A stretch of DNA of 64,000 bases from an uncultured Chloroflexia bacterium (GTDB lineage Bacteria; Chloroflexota; Limnocylindria; Limnocylindrales; CSP1-4). The translations under genes and the position numbers were made by a program. The stretch is from assembly GCA_963809215.1 (NCBI GenBank), contig CAWEIJ010000003.1:226892-290891 (forward strand), written 5' to 3'. Shown in pieces: positions 1 through 9,665 of this stretch. Numbering within the stretch: the stretch's first letter is position 1; each line of letters opens with the position of its first letter. The notes under the pieces were generated by a model. It was not told where the DNA came from. It did not search any database and saw only the letters and a program-made list of their open reading frames with translations.

Positions 1-377
1 AGCGGGAAGTCGAGGTCGATGTTCCCGGAGAACAACGTGTAGACGAAGTGCTGCACGGCGGCCGCCCTCGCGGCGTCGACCAGGTGCAGGCACCCCTCCA
101 AGTCCGTGATGGTGATGTCGTTGACGCCCGCCTCGTAGGCGAACGGCATCGACGAGACCGTCGAGATGACGGCCGAGACGCCGCGGCAGGCGTCGGCCAG
201 CGACGCGGGGTCGCGCAGGTCACCCTCGACGACCTCGAGGTCGAGCCTTCGCAGCGCCTCTACCTTGGCCGGATCGGACGTGGCTCGCACCATTGCCCGG
301 GCCGGGATTCCCCTGGCGGCGAGGCGGCGGCAGACCTCACCGCCCGCCAGGCCGGTTGCTCCGACGACGAGGATCAT
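1..377 (-). CDS. NmrA-like / atypical SDR NAD(P)-binding protein, N-terminal part (gene runs off left edge)
   Basis: Reverse translation from ATG 377 reads MILVVGATGLAGGEVCRRLAARGIPARAMVRATSDPAKVEALRRLDLEVVEGDLRD... (Rossmann GxxGxxG). GAGAGGAG lies 6 nt upstream. Absent from the ORF track because no stop lies in the window. Paralogue of 2248-3114. Confidence 0.75.
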   Translation of the reverse strand, partial: MILVVGATGLAGGEVCRRLAARGIPARAMVRATSDPAKVEALRRLDLEVVEGDLRDPASLADACRGVSAVISTVSSMPFAYEAGVNDITITDLEGCLHLVDAARAAAVQHFVYTLFSGNIDLDFP

Positions 378-412
378 GGCTGGCTCCTCTCATTCTGCAC
401 GCGTTCAACTCC

Positions 413-1039
413 TCAGGGGAGCAGGTGATCCATGAAGAACTGGCAGCCGACGGTCCAGGTCTGGATGTCCGGACTGAAGCCGCCGCGGTAGATCGGGTGT
501 CGTCCGATGAGCGACACCGCCTTCTCCGAGACGACCGACCCTGCGTACGGAGGTGTGGGCGCTCCGAGCTCCCACCTGGTGATCGCCACGCCGCTGTCAT
601 CCAGCCGTGCCCCGTCCGAGGCGACCAGCGACCAGAGGAGGCCCGCTTCGCTGACTGTCTGGAACTGCGGCCAGCCCCAGAGCCACGGCCCCTCATAGGA
701 CGGCCAGGCGGGGTTGTACGTGTCCGTGTAGAGGCCGACGGATTCCACGCGGGCCGTGACCGTCTTGCCGTTGGGACCGGTGAAGACGTTGAGCCACTTC
801 TTCGTCAGCGTGTACTGCACCGTGTTGCCGACACGGGGGCCGTCGTACTCCTCGGTCACCCCGCTCGCCTCGGCCTTGACGGCGCCGCAGAACGAGCCGC
901 CCGGCAAGTCGGCGAAGCTCTGCGTGAAGGCGTTGGGCCACGTGTAATGCGTCCACGGCGCGGAACGCGCCGCGGCCGTCGGCACGAGCGCCGCGATGAG
1001 CAGGAGCGCGGCAGCGAGCGCCACGAGTTGTCGTCGCAT
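413..1039 (-). CDS. secreted hypothetical protein
   Basis: Track ORF 413-1039. N-terminus MRRQLVALAAALLLIAALVPTAAARS looks like a Sec signal peptide. AGGAGG lies 7 nt upstream of the ATG. No family recognised. Confidence 0.7.
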   Translation of the reverse strand: MRRQLVALAAALLLIAALVPTAAARSAPWTHYTWPNAFTQSFADLPGGSFCGAVKAEASGVTEEYDGPRVGNTVQYTLTKKWLNVFTGPNGKTVTARVESVGLYTDTYNPAWPSYEGPWLWGWPQFQTVSEAGLLWSLVASDGARLDDSGVAITRWELGAPTPPYAGSVVSEKAVSLIGRHPIYRGGFSPDIQTWTVGCQFFMDHLLP

Positions 1040-1075
1040 CGAAGAACCTCCTGTGGAGTTGATCGCCGGGCGTTC

Positions 1076-2110
1076 CTACGGCAGCGGTTGGCCGCGAACG
1101 GAGACGTCGAGGGCGATGAGGTTGCAGTTGCCCGTGTTGTATGAACCGTTGAGGATGTAGAGCGTCGAGCGATCGCGACCCGAGACGCCGAACGCCGGCT
1201 GGCTCGGGTAGTCCAGCCAGCCGGGATCGCTCGCGACCACCTGGATCCTGCCGGCGCGACCCACCCGGATCAGGGCGCCACCGACGGCCCTGTCCGCGTG
1301 GTTCACGGCGATCCACAGGTCGCCCTCCGCGTCGAGGGCGATGCCATCAGAGCCGAGCAGGACCGGGTCCGCGACGACCACCGACGGTCTGCCGGGCGAG
1401 CCATCGCGGCGCAGCGGGATCCGGATGACGCTGCCCGTATCGGCGTTGACCGCCAGCAGCGTGTCGCCCCAGAAGGCGATCCCGTTGATGCCTTCCCATC
1501 CATCGGGGCTGGCCACGGCGAGGAGCGGGTCCGCGAGCCACGGATTGGTCAGCGTCGCGACCGCGTCCCGCCGCAGATGTGCTCGCCAGATCGCCCCACG
1601 CGCGCTGTCCGAGATGTAGAGATCGCCTTCGCGGACCGCCAGCCCATTCGGGAAGCTGCCCGGCGGCAGCGTGACGACGCGTGTCGCCTGCCCGTTCCGA
1701 TCGATCCGCAGGACCCCGGACGGGACGTTGTCCGTGTCGAAGGTGATCAGACCGGCGTACAGGTTCCCGCTCGGGTCGAATGCGAGGCCGGACAGGATCC
1801 CGACGTCGAGATTCGGCCCGACCTGCTTCATCTTCCCGTTCGGCGAGATCTTCCAGACCTGGCCCTGGTTCCAGGTCCCGTCCGTCCAGATCGTCACCGT
1901 GGCGAACAGGTTGCCATCGCGATCGAACGCCATGCTCTCCGCGAACGAGTTGAACGCGTAGCCGGTTGGGAACGTCGCGACGACTCGCGGGACGAGCGGC
2001 CTGTCGCCGGGCGAGCCTCCCCCGCGGTCCGTCGCCGCGGCATGCCCCGGCAACGTGAAGGCCACCAGCAGGCATGCGGCGGTGGCGAGCGCAGCAAGAC
2101 GACGTCTCAT
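1076..2110 (-). CDS. secreted six-bladed beta-propeller protein (SMP-30/gluconolactonase/strictosidine-synthase-like)
   Basis: Start moved to Met59 of track ORF 1076-2284 (ATG 2110, GGGAGG 7 nt upstream). Signal-like MRRRLAALATAACLLVAFTLPGHAAA is followed by repeated blade motifs (DGNLFAT, SGNLYAG, EGDLYISD, EGDLWIAV). Confidence 0.75.
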   Translation of the reverse strand: MRRRLAALATAACLLVAFTLPGHAAATDRGGGSPGDRPLVPRVVATFPTGYAFNSFAESMAFDRDGNLFATVTIWTDGTWNQGQVWKISPNGKMKQVGPNLDVGILSGLAFDPSGNLYAGLITFDTDNVPSGVLRIDRNGQATRVVTLPPGSFPNGLAVREGDLYISDSARGAIWRAHLRRDAVATLTNPWLADPLLAVASPDGWEGINGIAFWGDTLLAVNADTGSVIRIPLRRDGSPGRPSVVVADPVLLGSDGIALDAEGDLWIAVNHADRAVGGALIRVGRAGRIQVVASDPGWLDYPSQPAFGVSGRDRSTLYILNGSYNTGNCNLIALDVSVRGQPLP

Positions 2111-2247
2111 CGGCCGACCTCCCTCGAGCGAGCGGGTCGGTCTCGCCAGTGGCTCGGCGCGGTCCCGGCGGCCGGGACATGGGCCGCGCGTCGGTGCCAT
2201 CCCGCTTCGTTCGAGAGGCTGGCCCCCGTGCGTTCCCCGGGCGTTCC

Positions 2248-3114
2248 TCAGCCCACGGCGACCGGCACGAGCGACGCGGCCCACTCCCCGACCGACGTGA
2301 GGTGGACGCCGAACTCGGCCGCCGTCTCCGCCATCTCCATCGGCGAGTCGAACCCGTCCTGCATGGCGAGCATCTGGGCCATGAACGGCGGCATCCCGGG
2401 GACGTCGTCGCCCGGTGCCACGCCGCGCTGCGGGATCGGCCGGCCCAGGACGCCCTCGAAGATCCCGACCGCGTCACGGATCGAGATCGGCGCGGGACCG
2501 CCGATCGGCAGATAGCGGTTGACCGCGGACGGGCTGTCGAGCGCCGCGAGCGCGAACGCGGCGACGTCGCGGCTGTGCACGAACGAGTGGCGCCGGGCCC
2601 CGGAGCCGACATAGACGACCTCGCCGCCGGCCAGGGCCGGTCCCGCGACGACCGCGCCGAGCCACACGTCCATGAACGCGTTGGGGGCGAGGATCGTCCA
2701 GGTCATGCCCGACAACCCGAGCGCGCCCTCTGTTGCCGCCTTCGCTGCCATGAACGGATTGGGGTTGTCCGGCGAGGCTCCGAGCGCGGACGTGAACACG
2801 AAGTGCCGCACGCCCGCCTCGGCCGCGGCGAGGATCAGGTTCCGGTTGCCGTCCCGGTCCACGCTCTCGATCGTGTCGTCGATGCTGCGCCCGAGCGAGA
2901 TCGCGGTCGTGATCACCGTATCGACGCGACGACAGGCCAAATCCAGCGACGGGCGCTCCTTGAGGTCGCCGATGACGGGCGTTGCGCCGGCTTCGACGAG
3001 GGGTTGGTAGTGCGAGCCGGGCCGGACAAGGATCCGGACCGGCCGGCCCTGCGCCAGCAGACCCCGGGTGATCTGGCCGCCGAGCGAGCCGGTGGAACCG
3101 ACGACAAGGATCAT
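2248..3114 (-). CDS. NmrA-like / atypical SDR NAD(P)-binding protein
   Basis: Inside track ORF 2248-3702. N-terminus MILVVGSTGSLGGQITRGLLAQGRPVRILVR. AAGGAG lies 9 nt upstream of ATG 3114; ATG 3123 is the alternative start. Confidence 0.8.
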   Translation of the reverse strand: MILVVGSTGSLGGQITRGLLAQGRPVRILVRPGSHYQPLVEAGATPVIGDLKERPSLDLACRRVDTVITTAISLGRSIDDTIESVDRDGNRNLILAAAEAGVRHFVFTSALGASPDNPNPFMAAKAATEGALGLSGMTWTILAPNAFMDVWLGAVVAGPALAGGEVVYVGSGARRHSFVHSRDVAAFALAALDSPSAVNRYLPIGGPAPISIRDAVGIFEGVLGRPIPQRGVAPGDDVPGMPPFMAQMLAMQDGFDSPMEMAETAAEFGVHLTSVGEWAASLVPVAVG

Positions 3115-3217
3115 CTCCGCCATCTCCTTCCGCGGCGGGACAAGGAGCCGCCGCTCCCTCACGCTTCGCGAGTCTCGACGAGCGACCGTTCCCCGGCCGT
3201 TCCTGCCGCGCACGTCT

Positions 3218-6200
3218 TCACCCGGTCTCCAGGTCAGCCCAGCGCTCCACGTCGAGCGCCTCCTCGATCCGGGCGGCGTACCCGGCATGCGGTGACGCAG
3301 CCGCAAGGCGCCTCGCCTCGGCAGCCTCGGCGGCGGCTGCCGCGTCGTCGCCGGTGAGCCGCGCGAGATGGGCGAGGTGTGCGTGCGACAGCGCCTGGTT
3401 GTGCGGATTCCCGCCGATCGACGCGAGGAGGACGAGCTCGCGGGCGCGCATCGCCCTCGCGCCCTCGTAGCTGCCCAGGGCGTCCTCCATCTCCGCCGCG
3501 GCCCACGCCGAGACCGACTCCAGGTAGCGGTCGCCCATCTGGTGGGCGATCTCCAGCGCTCGCTCGAGGTGCAGTCGGGCCCGGGCGGGCGACCCGGACC
3601 GAACGAGGGCCGTGCCCAGGTGCGTCCGGACGATCTCGCCGCGAGGATCGCGGAGATCCAGCGCGATCGCGAGCGACTGCTCGAGTCGACGGATGGCCTC
3701 ATCCGATCGGCGTGCCATCTCGAGCATCATCCCGAGCTGGTCGAGGGCATGCATCGCGCTTCGCCGGTCGTCCGATGGCTCGAGAACCCGCACCGCCTCT
3801 TCGAGCTGTTCGATCGACTCGTCCATTCGGTGGAGCCGGCCGAGGTTCCATCCGACGTATCGCCGGATGTTGGCGCGCGGCACTGCCGCCTCCGCCGGGA
3901 GCCGGACGAGCGCTTCGTCGAGGATCGCCAGGCAACCCTCGAAGTCGCCGTGCCGGTACGGCAGCCAGCAGTACGCGGTGTAGGCCCCGGCGAGCTCCTC
4001 GGGCGTGCGCGCGGCTTCGATCGCCTGCCAGAACGCCGCCCGCGCGGCGTTGTCGTCGCCGGCGTTCATTCGTGCGTTCCCCAGGCTCGCGAACGCGGCG
4101 CTGGCATTCAACTGCGACGCGAGGTCCGGCGGGAGCCGTTGCCACGCCACGAGAGATCGCTCCAGCAGGGATGTCGCCGCCGGGTCGAAGAGACGAGTGG
4201 CGCGCTCCGCCGCCGCGAAGCCGAATGCGACCGCCACGGGCAGCGCGCCCGACGCCCCGAGGTCGCTCGCCGTGAGCGCGTGCTCCGCGGGCGTGACCGG
4301 GTCCACGGAGGCGGCCGCCGCCCGCACGAGCTCGGCCGGCGATCTGCTCCCGACGGAGCCAGCGAGCGCGTTCGCGATCGCGAGATGCGTCCCGGCGCGC
4401 CTGGCCGATCCCGCTCCGCCGCGGACGGCCAGCCGATAGAGGGGATGCGCGAAGGCGTACCCGCCGCCACGCTCGACCAGCAGGCCCGACGAAAGCGCCG
4501 CATCGAGCGCCGGGACGAGCCCGCCATCCAGGTCGGGCAGCACGGCCTGCAGCGTCGCGAACGCGACCTCGGATCCCAGCTCCGCGGCGGTCCCGACCAA
4601 CTCGAGCGCCGGCCCGGTGAGCTGGGCCGAACAATTCGCGACGAGGCGCCGGACGGTCTCGGACGTATCCGACAGCGCCGCGCTCGCGCTGTCTGCTGTG
4701 GCGACCGCACCGCGCCGGACGCCGCCGGCGATATGGGACTCCGTCGTCACCCACCGCTCGCCCGCGAGCCTGACCGTGCCGCGGTCCCGCCCGGCGCGCA
4801 TGAGCTCCAGGCAGAAGAGCGGGTTTCCCTCGCTCAGCTCAAACGCGCGGCGCGCCAGCTCCGGCTCGACCGAGGCGCCGCCGAGCTTGCCGACGATCAG
4901 GGCCTCCATGTCGGCAGGCGCGAGGGGACCAACCGGAAGGTCGAGCCCGACCCCGCGGCCAAACCGGTCGAGAAGCCGTCGCACCGGCTCCTGCGCCGGC
5001 TCGTCGTCCCGACACGTGCCCGCGACGAGGATCGAAGCCGGCGTCGGGTCGGCCACGAGGCGTTCAAGCAGCTCGATCGTGGAGGGATCGAGCCACGGGA
5101 GGTCGTCGATCGCGAGAACAAGGGGTCGCTGGCGCGCGAGCTCCTCGATCGCGAGCACGAGCGCCTCCACGAGCGCTGCACGGTTCGCGAACGTGATGGC
5201 TCCTGCCAGCCCGAGGCCCGGCGCGATGGCAGCGACGCCGCTTCGTGCCGGCTCCGCCCAGGCCGCAACCTCGGCCGCGGTCAGCCCTTCCGCGAGGCCA
5301 TGGCGCAGCGGCGCGTACGCGGCTGTGGTGCCAGACTCGACGGCCTGCCACTCCAGGACGCGCCAGTCGGCGGCCCGCGCGTAGCCGATGACCTCCTGGA
5401 GAATGCGCGTCTTGCCGATCCCAGTCGGGCCGCGAATGACGAGCGTGGCGAGATGTCCACCCATCACGCGGTCGAGGAGCGGCTCGACCCGTTCGAGCTC
5501 GGCGTGGCGAGCCACGAGGCGTGGCAGGGCAACCGCCGGGCTCGGCTCGCTGACGCCGTGCGCTCCACGGCGCGGAACGTCTCCATCGTCTCGGGTGCGG
5601 GCTCGGCGTCGAGCAGGTCGTGGAGCGCCCGCCGACAGGCGTCGAACTGGCGCCGGGCGGCGTGGTGCCGGCCTTCCGACGCGAGGAGCTCGATGAGCAG
5701 GCGATGCGCGGCCTCGTCGGTCGGGTCCCGATCCAGCAGCTGGTCGGCGATCGCGCGTGCATCGTCGCTCCGTCCGAGCTCTCGGGCTTGCCGCGCGGCG
5801 AGGATCGCCACGTGCTCCCACTTCGCCCTGAGGAGCTCCCGGGGTGCGACGAGCCACTCCTCGAAGGCGTCGTCCGGGAGGAGCTCCCGTGGCCCGGACG
5901 CGAGGATCACGTCGATCGCCCGCGAGGCCTCCGGGTCCGTTGCGCCTCCGTCATCGCGCGCGGACCCCCCGTCGTGCCGCGCGGACGCCCCGTCGTGCCG
6001 CGACGGCGCACCAGCCAGCAGGTCGAACGCGGCCCGCAGCCGGTCCAGGTCCAGGTCGAGCCGGCCCCGCGCGAACCCGACGCGGCCAGGCACTGTGGTC
6101 AGCACCGAGGCATCGCCGAGTGCCCTGCCCGCGAAGTGGATCGCCTTGCGGAGGTTCGCGCCGCTCGCGCCCGGCTCGGCGTCGGGCCACAGGGCCTCTG

Positions 6201-6399
6201 CCGCGGCCTCGCGGGAGAGCGTATGGCCGGGCGTGATGAGCAGCAGCTTCACGAGGCGTTCGGCGGAGACGCGCTGCCAATCGGCGTGCGTCAGGTGGCG
6301 CCCGTCCGCCATGACCTCGAACCCGCCGAGGACGCGGGCCTCGATCCTGCAGGAGATGCCCGGCAGCGCTTCGCGCGGCCGGAGCGACGTCCCGACCAT
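3218..6399 (-). CDS. SARP/AfsR-type transcriptional regulator (wHTH + BTAD + P-loop NTPase + TPR), interrupted by one frame change
   Basis: Track ORF 5464-6399 carries an OmpR-type DNA-binding domain plus BTAD (RVLGGFEV..., AAHRLLIELLASEGRHHAARRQFDACRRAL). Track ORF 3218-5857 carries the P-loop GPTGIGKT, Walker B LAIDDLPWLD and a long TPR tail. The two frames meet near 5560-5575 (...ETFRAVER / GAHGVSEPSPAVALPRLVAR...). Confidence 0.8.
5949..6011. repeat. 21-bp in-frame tandem repeat x3 inside the SARP gene
   Basis: GTCATCGCGCGCGGACCCCCC / GTCGTGCCGCGCGGACGCCCC / GTCGTGCCGCGACGGCGCACC. Encodes the heptad run SRHDGAS-ARHDGGS-ARDDGGA on the reverse strand. Confidence 0.7.
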
Positions 6400-6413
6400 G
6401 CCTCACAGGGTGG

Positions 6414-6755
6414 GTGCGCCGGGTCCGCGATGCACGTGCCGAATGGACCGTCGGCCGCCTCAGGCGGAGAACTCACCCGGCGATCTTCGCCCGACCGCTC
6501 CCGGTCGCGGAGGCCATCGGCAACGTCGAGCAGCTTCTCGCACGCCCGCACGTCCGGACGACGGGCGAGCGGGAGCGCTTCTGGGGTCGCTACCGTGAGG
6601 TCGCCGACGACGCGGTGCCCTCCGGGAACCTCGTGCCCGACTCGCACATCGTGACGCTGATGCTGGAGAACGACGTGCGGACGATCTGGACGCGCGACCG
6701 CGACTACCGCCGATTCCCGCGGATCGAGGTCCGCGACCCGTTCGCGGAGACCTGA
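6414..6755 (+). pseudogene. 5'-truncated VapC-type PIN-domain toxin remnant
   Basis: ...EWTVGRLRRRTHPAIFARPL...GNLVPDSHIVTLMLEN...TRDRDYRRFPRIEVRDPF resembles the C-terminal two thirds of VapC-family PIN toxins. About 40 N-terminal residues, including the first catalytic Asp, are missing. No antitoxin gene lies upstream; the SARP start codon (6399) occupies that position. Confidence 0.55.
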
Positions 6756-6782
6756 CCCGTCGCCGGTTCCGACGCCGCGCCC

Positions 6783-8510
6783 TCAGGCGCCGGCGAGACC
6801 CCCGGTGACCGGGCGCCGGCCCGCCAGCTCGTCCGCCGCCTCGGACGGCAGCCAGAACCACCGGAGCTGCTCGAAGTCGACCCCCACGTCCAGCGCACCG
6901 CCGATCTCGGTTGTGACCGGCGGGGGACTGGCGAGGAGCGTCCGCGCCTCCGCCAGGTAGCCCGCGAGGCGTGACTCGGGCTCGCGGTGGCGGTGCGCGG
7001 TGTAGCGCATCACGCCGCCGTCGTAGCGGATCGCCGCGAGCGAGAGCGGCGGCTCCACGACCCCGCCGCGATGTGCCCAGAGGCCCGTCGCGGGGTCGAA
7101 TCGATACGCGGGCAGGAGGCGCCAGCCGTCGGCTGCCACCAGGTCGACCGCGTCGAGGATGTACTCGAACACGGCCTCGCTGACGAAGTAGTTGAAGTTG
7201 ACCCGCACCCAGCCGGGCTTGATCCCCTCGCAGCCGCGCGCGATCTCGCGCTCGAACGCGTGGGAATGCTCGAGGTCAATGCCAAGCAGCCGGTGGCCGT
7301 ACGGTCCGGCGCACGAGCAGCCCCCGCGCGCCTGGATCCCGAAGAGGTCGTTGAGCAGGGCGACCACGTAGTTGTGGTGGAGGTAGCGGGCCGGCCGGTC
7401 GCCGCGCCGGTGGCGCACGACGAACGAGACGATCGAGAGCCGCTCCGCGCGCGGATTCCCCAGGATCTCGAGGTTGGGGTTGGCCGACCAGCGGGCGATC
7501 GCCCGGTGGATGAAGCCGGCCTCGCGCGCCCGGATCGCCTCGACGCCAACCGCTTCCTTCAACCCGAAGACGAGGCCGGCCCGGATCGATTCGACGATCG
7601 CAGGCGTCCCGCCCTCCTCGCGCTGCTCGATGTCGGCGACGTACAGGTGCTCGGACGGGTTGACGTACGCCACCGTCCCGCCGCCGGGCACCGACGGGAC
7701 GCGGTTCCGGAAGAGAGCCTTGCGGGCGACCAGCAGGCCGGGCGTGCCCGGCCCGCCGATGAACTTGTGCGGCGATACGAAGATCGCATCGAGGCCGTCC
7801 CCGGCCATGTCGATCGCCACGTACGGCGCCGCCGCCGCGTAGTCCCAGCACGCAAGCGCCCCGTGCGCGTGGAGCAGCGCGCTGATCCCGCGCACGTCGG
7901 AGAGGATCCCCGTCACGTTCGAGGCAGCGGAGAACGAGCCGATCTTGAGCGCGCGGTCCGCGTGGCGCTCCAGCTCCTCGGCGAGGTGGCCGGCGTCGAT
8001 GCGCCCATCGTGGTCCTCGTGGATCACGACGACGTCGGCCAGGGACTCGCGCCAGGGCAGCTCGTTCGAGTGGTGCTCGTACGGCCCGACGAGGACGAGC
8101 GGCCGCTCCGCCGGCGGGATCGTCGCGCGCAGCCGGTAGCGATCGTCGAGGTCGGCCGGGAGACGGACCTGGAGGACGTCGACGAGCCGGTTGATCGCGC
8201 CGGTGGAGCCCGAGCCGACGAAGATCACGGCATGCTCGTCGGTGGCGCCGACGGCCCGCCGGATCAGCTCGCGCGCCTCCGCCCGGAAGCGGCTGGTCTG
8301 GAGGCCGGTGCCGCTCGACTCCGTGTGCGTGTTCGCGTAGAGCGGCAGGACGGCGTCGCGGAGGTAATCCTCGAGGAAGGTGAGTGAGCGCCCGGACGCC
8401 GTGTAGTCGGCATACGTGACGCGCCGGATCCCGAACGGCCCGGCGACTGCCTCGTCGTCGCCGATGACCGAGCGCCGGATCGTCTCGATGAGGGCTTCTG
8501 CCGGGTCCAT
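6783..8510 (-). CDS. class V aminotransferase-fold PLP enzyme (cysteine desulfurase-like) with long C-terminal extension
   Basis: Start at Met47 of track ORF 6783-8648 (ATG 8510, leaderless-type TACGAT 8 nt upstream). Motifs YANTHTESS, SFSAASNVTG, SPHKFIGGPGTPG (PLP lysine) and GGCSCAGPYGH. Confidence 0.85.
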   Translation of the reverse strand: MDPAEALIETIRRSVIGDDEAVAGPFGIRRVTYADYTASGRSLTFLEDYLRDAVLPLYANTHTESSGTGLQTSRFRAEARELIRRAVGATDEHAVIFVGSGSTGAINRLVDVLQVRLPADLDDRYRLRATIPPAERPLVLVGPYEHHSNELPWRESLADVVVIHEDHDGRIDAGHLAEELERHADRALKIGSFSAASNVTGILSDVRGISALLHAHGALACWDYAAAAPYVAIDMAGDGLDAIFVSPHKFIGGPGTPGLLVARKALFRNRVPSVPGGGTVAYVNPSEHLYVADIEQREEGGTPAIVESIRAGLVFGLKEAVGVEAIRAREAGFIHRAIARWSANPNLEILGNPRAERLSIVSFVVRHRRGDRPARYLHHNYVVALLNDLFGIQARGGCSCAGPYGHRLLGIDLEHSHAFEREIARGCEGIKPGWVRVNFNYFVSEAVFEYILDAVDLVAADGWRLLPAYRFDPATGLWAHRGGVVEPPLSLAAIRYDGGVMRYTAHRHREPESRLAGYLAEARTLLASPPPVTTEIGGALDVGVDFEQLRWFWLPSEAADELAGRRPVTGGLAGA

Positions 8511-8518
8511 CGCGAGCG

Positions 8519-8524
8519 ATCGTA
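8519..8524 (-). promoter_or_regulatory. leaderless-type -10 (TACGAT-N8-ATG 8510)
   Basis: TANNNT hexamer 8 nt upstream of the aminotransferase start. No SD. Confidence 0.5.
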
Positions 8525-8706
8525 CGCGCTCGAGGGCACGATCGACGGAGGAACGCCAGCCGGGGAGCCGCGCGATCTCGCCGGCAGCGCCGAATGGTCC
8601 GGATGGACCGCCGGACAGTCCGCATTGCCCGCGACCGGGACGGCTCACGGTCGGTACGCTTGCCCGAACGACTCATCCGCCGCGAGAAGGGAGCGCCGCG
8701 CCGCTC

Positions 8707-9663
8707 ATGAGCCTCCAGATCTCGGATCTCCGGAAGCGCTTCGGCGAGACCCAGGCACTCGACGGGATCAGCTTCTCGGTCGAGCCCGGCCAGGTCTTCG
8801 GATTCCTCGGCGCGAACGGGGCCGGCAAGACCACGACGATGCGGATCGTCCTCGACATCCTGCACGCCGACACCGGCACCGTCACCTGGCAGGGCAGGCC
8901 GTCGACGGACCTCCCGCGGCGGACCTTCGGCTACCTTCCCGAGGAGCGCGGCCTGTACCCGCGAATGCAGGTGCTCGAGCAGCTCGTCTTCTTCGCCGGT
9001 CTCTACGGCGTGCCCCGGAAGACGGCGGCCGCCGAGGTCCGGGGCTGGCTGACGCGGTTCCGGGTGCCCGAGTACGCGGATCGGCGCGCCGAGGAGCTCT
9101 CGAAGGGCAACCAGCAGAAGATCCAGTTCATCGCGGCCGTCCTCCACGACCCCGACGTCCTGATCATGGACGAGCCGTTCAGCGGTCTCGACCCGGTCAA
9201 CGTGGCGCTCCTGAAGGCCGCGTTCCTCGAGATGCGCGAGCGCGGCAAGACCCTGATCTTCTCCACCCACCAGATGGAGACGGTCGAGGAGCTCTGCGAC
9301 GCGGTCGCGATCATCGACGCGGGCCGCCTCGTCGCGAACGGGCCGACCGTCGACGTCAAGCGATCCAGCGGGAAGCGCGTCGTGCGGCTGGGCGTGGCCG
9401 GGGACCCGGAGCTTCCGTGGCTCGCGGAGCTCGACGGCGTCCGCGTCGGCCGATCCGGACGCGACTACAGCGAGATCGAGGTGGTGCCGCCGCGCGACCC
9501 CGAGACGATCCTGCACGCCGCCATCGAACGCGGCGAGCGCGTCACGCTGTTCGAGATCGCCGACCCATCACTCGAGCAGGTCTTCGTGGACCTGGTCGGC
9601 CGCCACGCGGCACCCGACGAGGAACGCACGCTGGCCCGCGTGCCCGTGAGCGGGAGGGCGTGA
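8707..9663 (+). CDS. ABC transporter ATP-binding protein (ABC-2/NatA-like)
   Basis: MSLQISDLRKRFG...; Walker A GANGAGKTT, signature LSKGNQQK, Walker B VLIMDEPFSGLD. Start at residue 98 of track ORF 8416-9663. Confidence 0.9.
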   Translation: MSLQISDLRKRFGETQALDGISFSVEPGQVFGFLGANGAGKTTTMRIVLDILHADTGTVTWQGRPSTDLPRRTFGYLPEERGLYPRMQVLEQLVFFAGLYGVPRKTAAAEVRGWLTRFRVPEYADRRAEELSKGNQQKIQFIAAVLHDPDVLIMDEPFSGLDPVNVALLKAAFLEMRERGKTLIFSTHQMETVEELCDAVAIIDAGRLVANGPTVDVKRSSGKRVVRLGVAGDPELPWLAELDGVRVGRSGRDYSEIEVVPPRDPETILHAAIERGERVTLFEIADPSLEQVFVDLVGRHAAPDEERTLARVPVSGRA

Positions 9664-9665
9664 CG

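Noticed and set aside
3368-6598. 1076-aa ORF on the plus strand
   Set aside because: It lies antisense to the SARP/ATPase/TPR gene. The translation is Arg/Ala/Pro-rich low-complexity text with no motifs. This is the typical shadow ORF of a very GC-rich coding region.
7276-9516. 746-aa ORF on the minus strand, and similar long ORFs (33607-35784 minus, 52716-54257 minus, 28253-28966 minus)
   Set aside because: All overlap confidently identified genes in another frame or on the other strand (aminotransferase/ABC ATPase, R3H ATPase, guaA, VOC protein) and carry no recognisable domains. They are GC-rich shadow ORFs.
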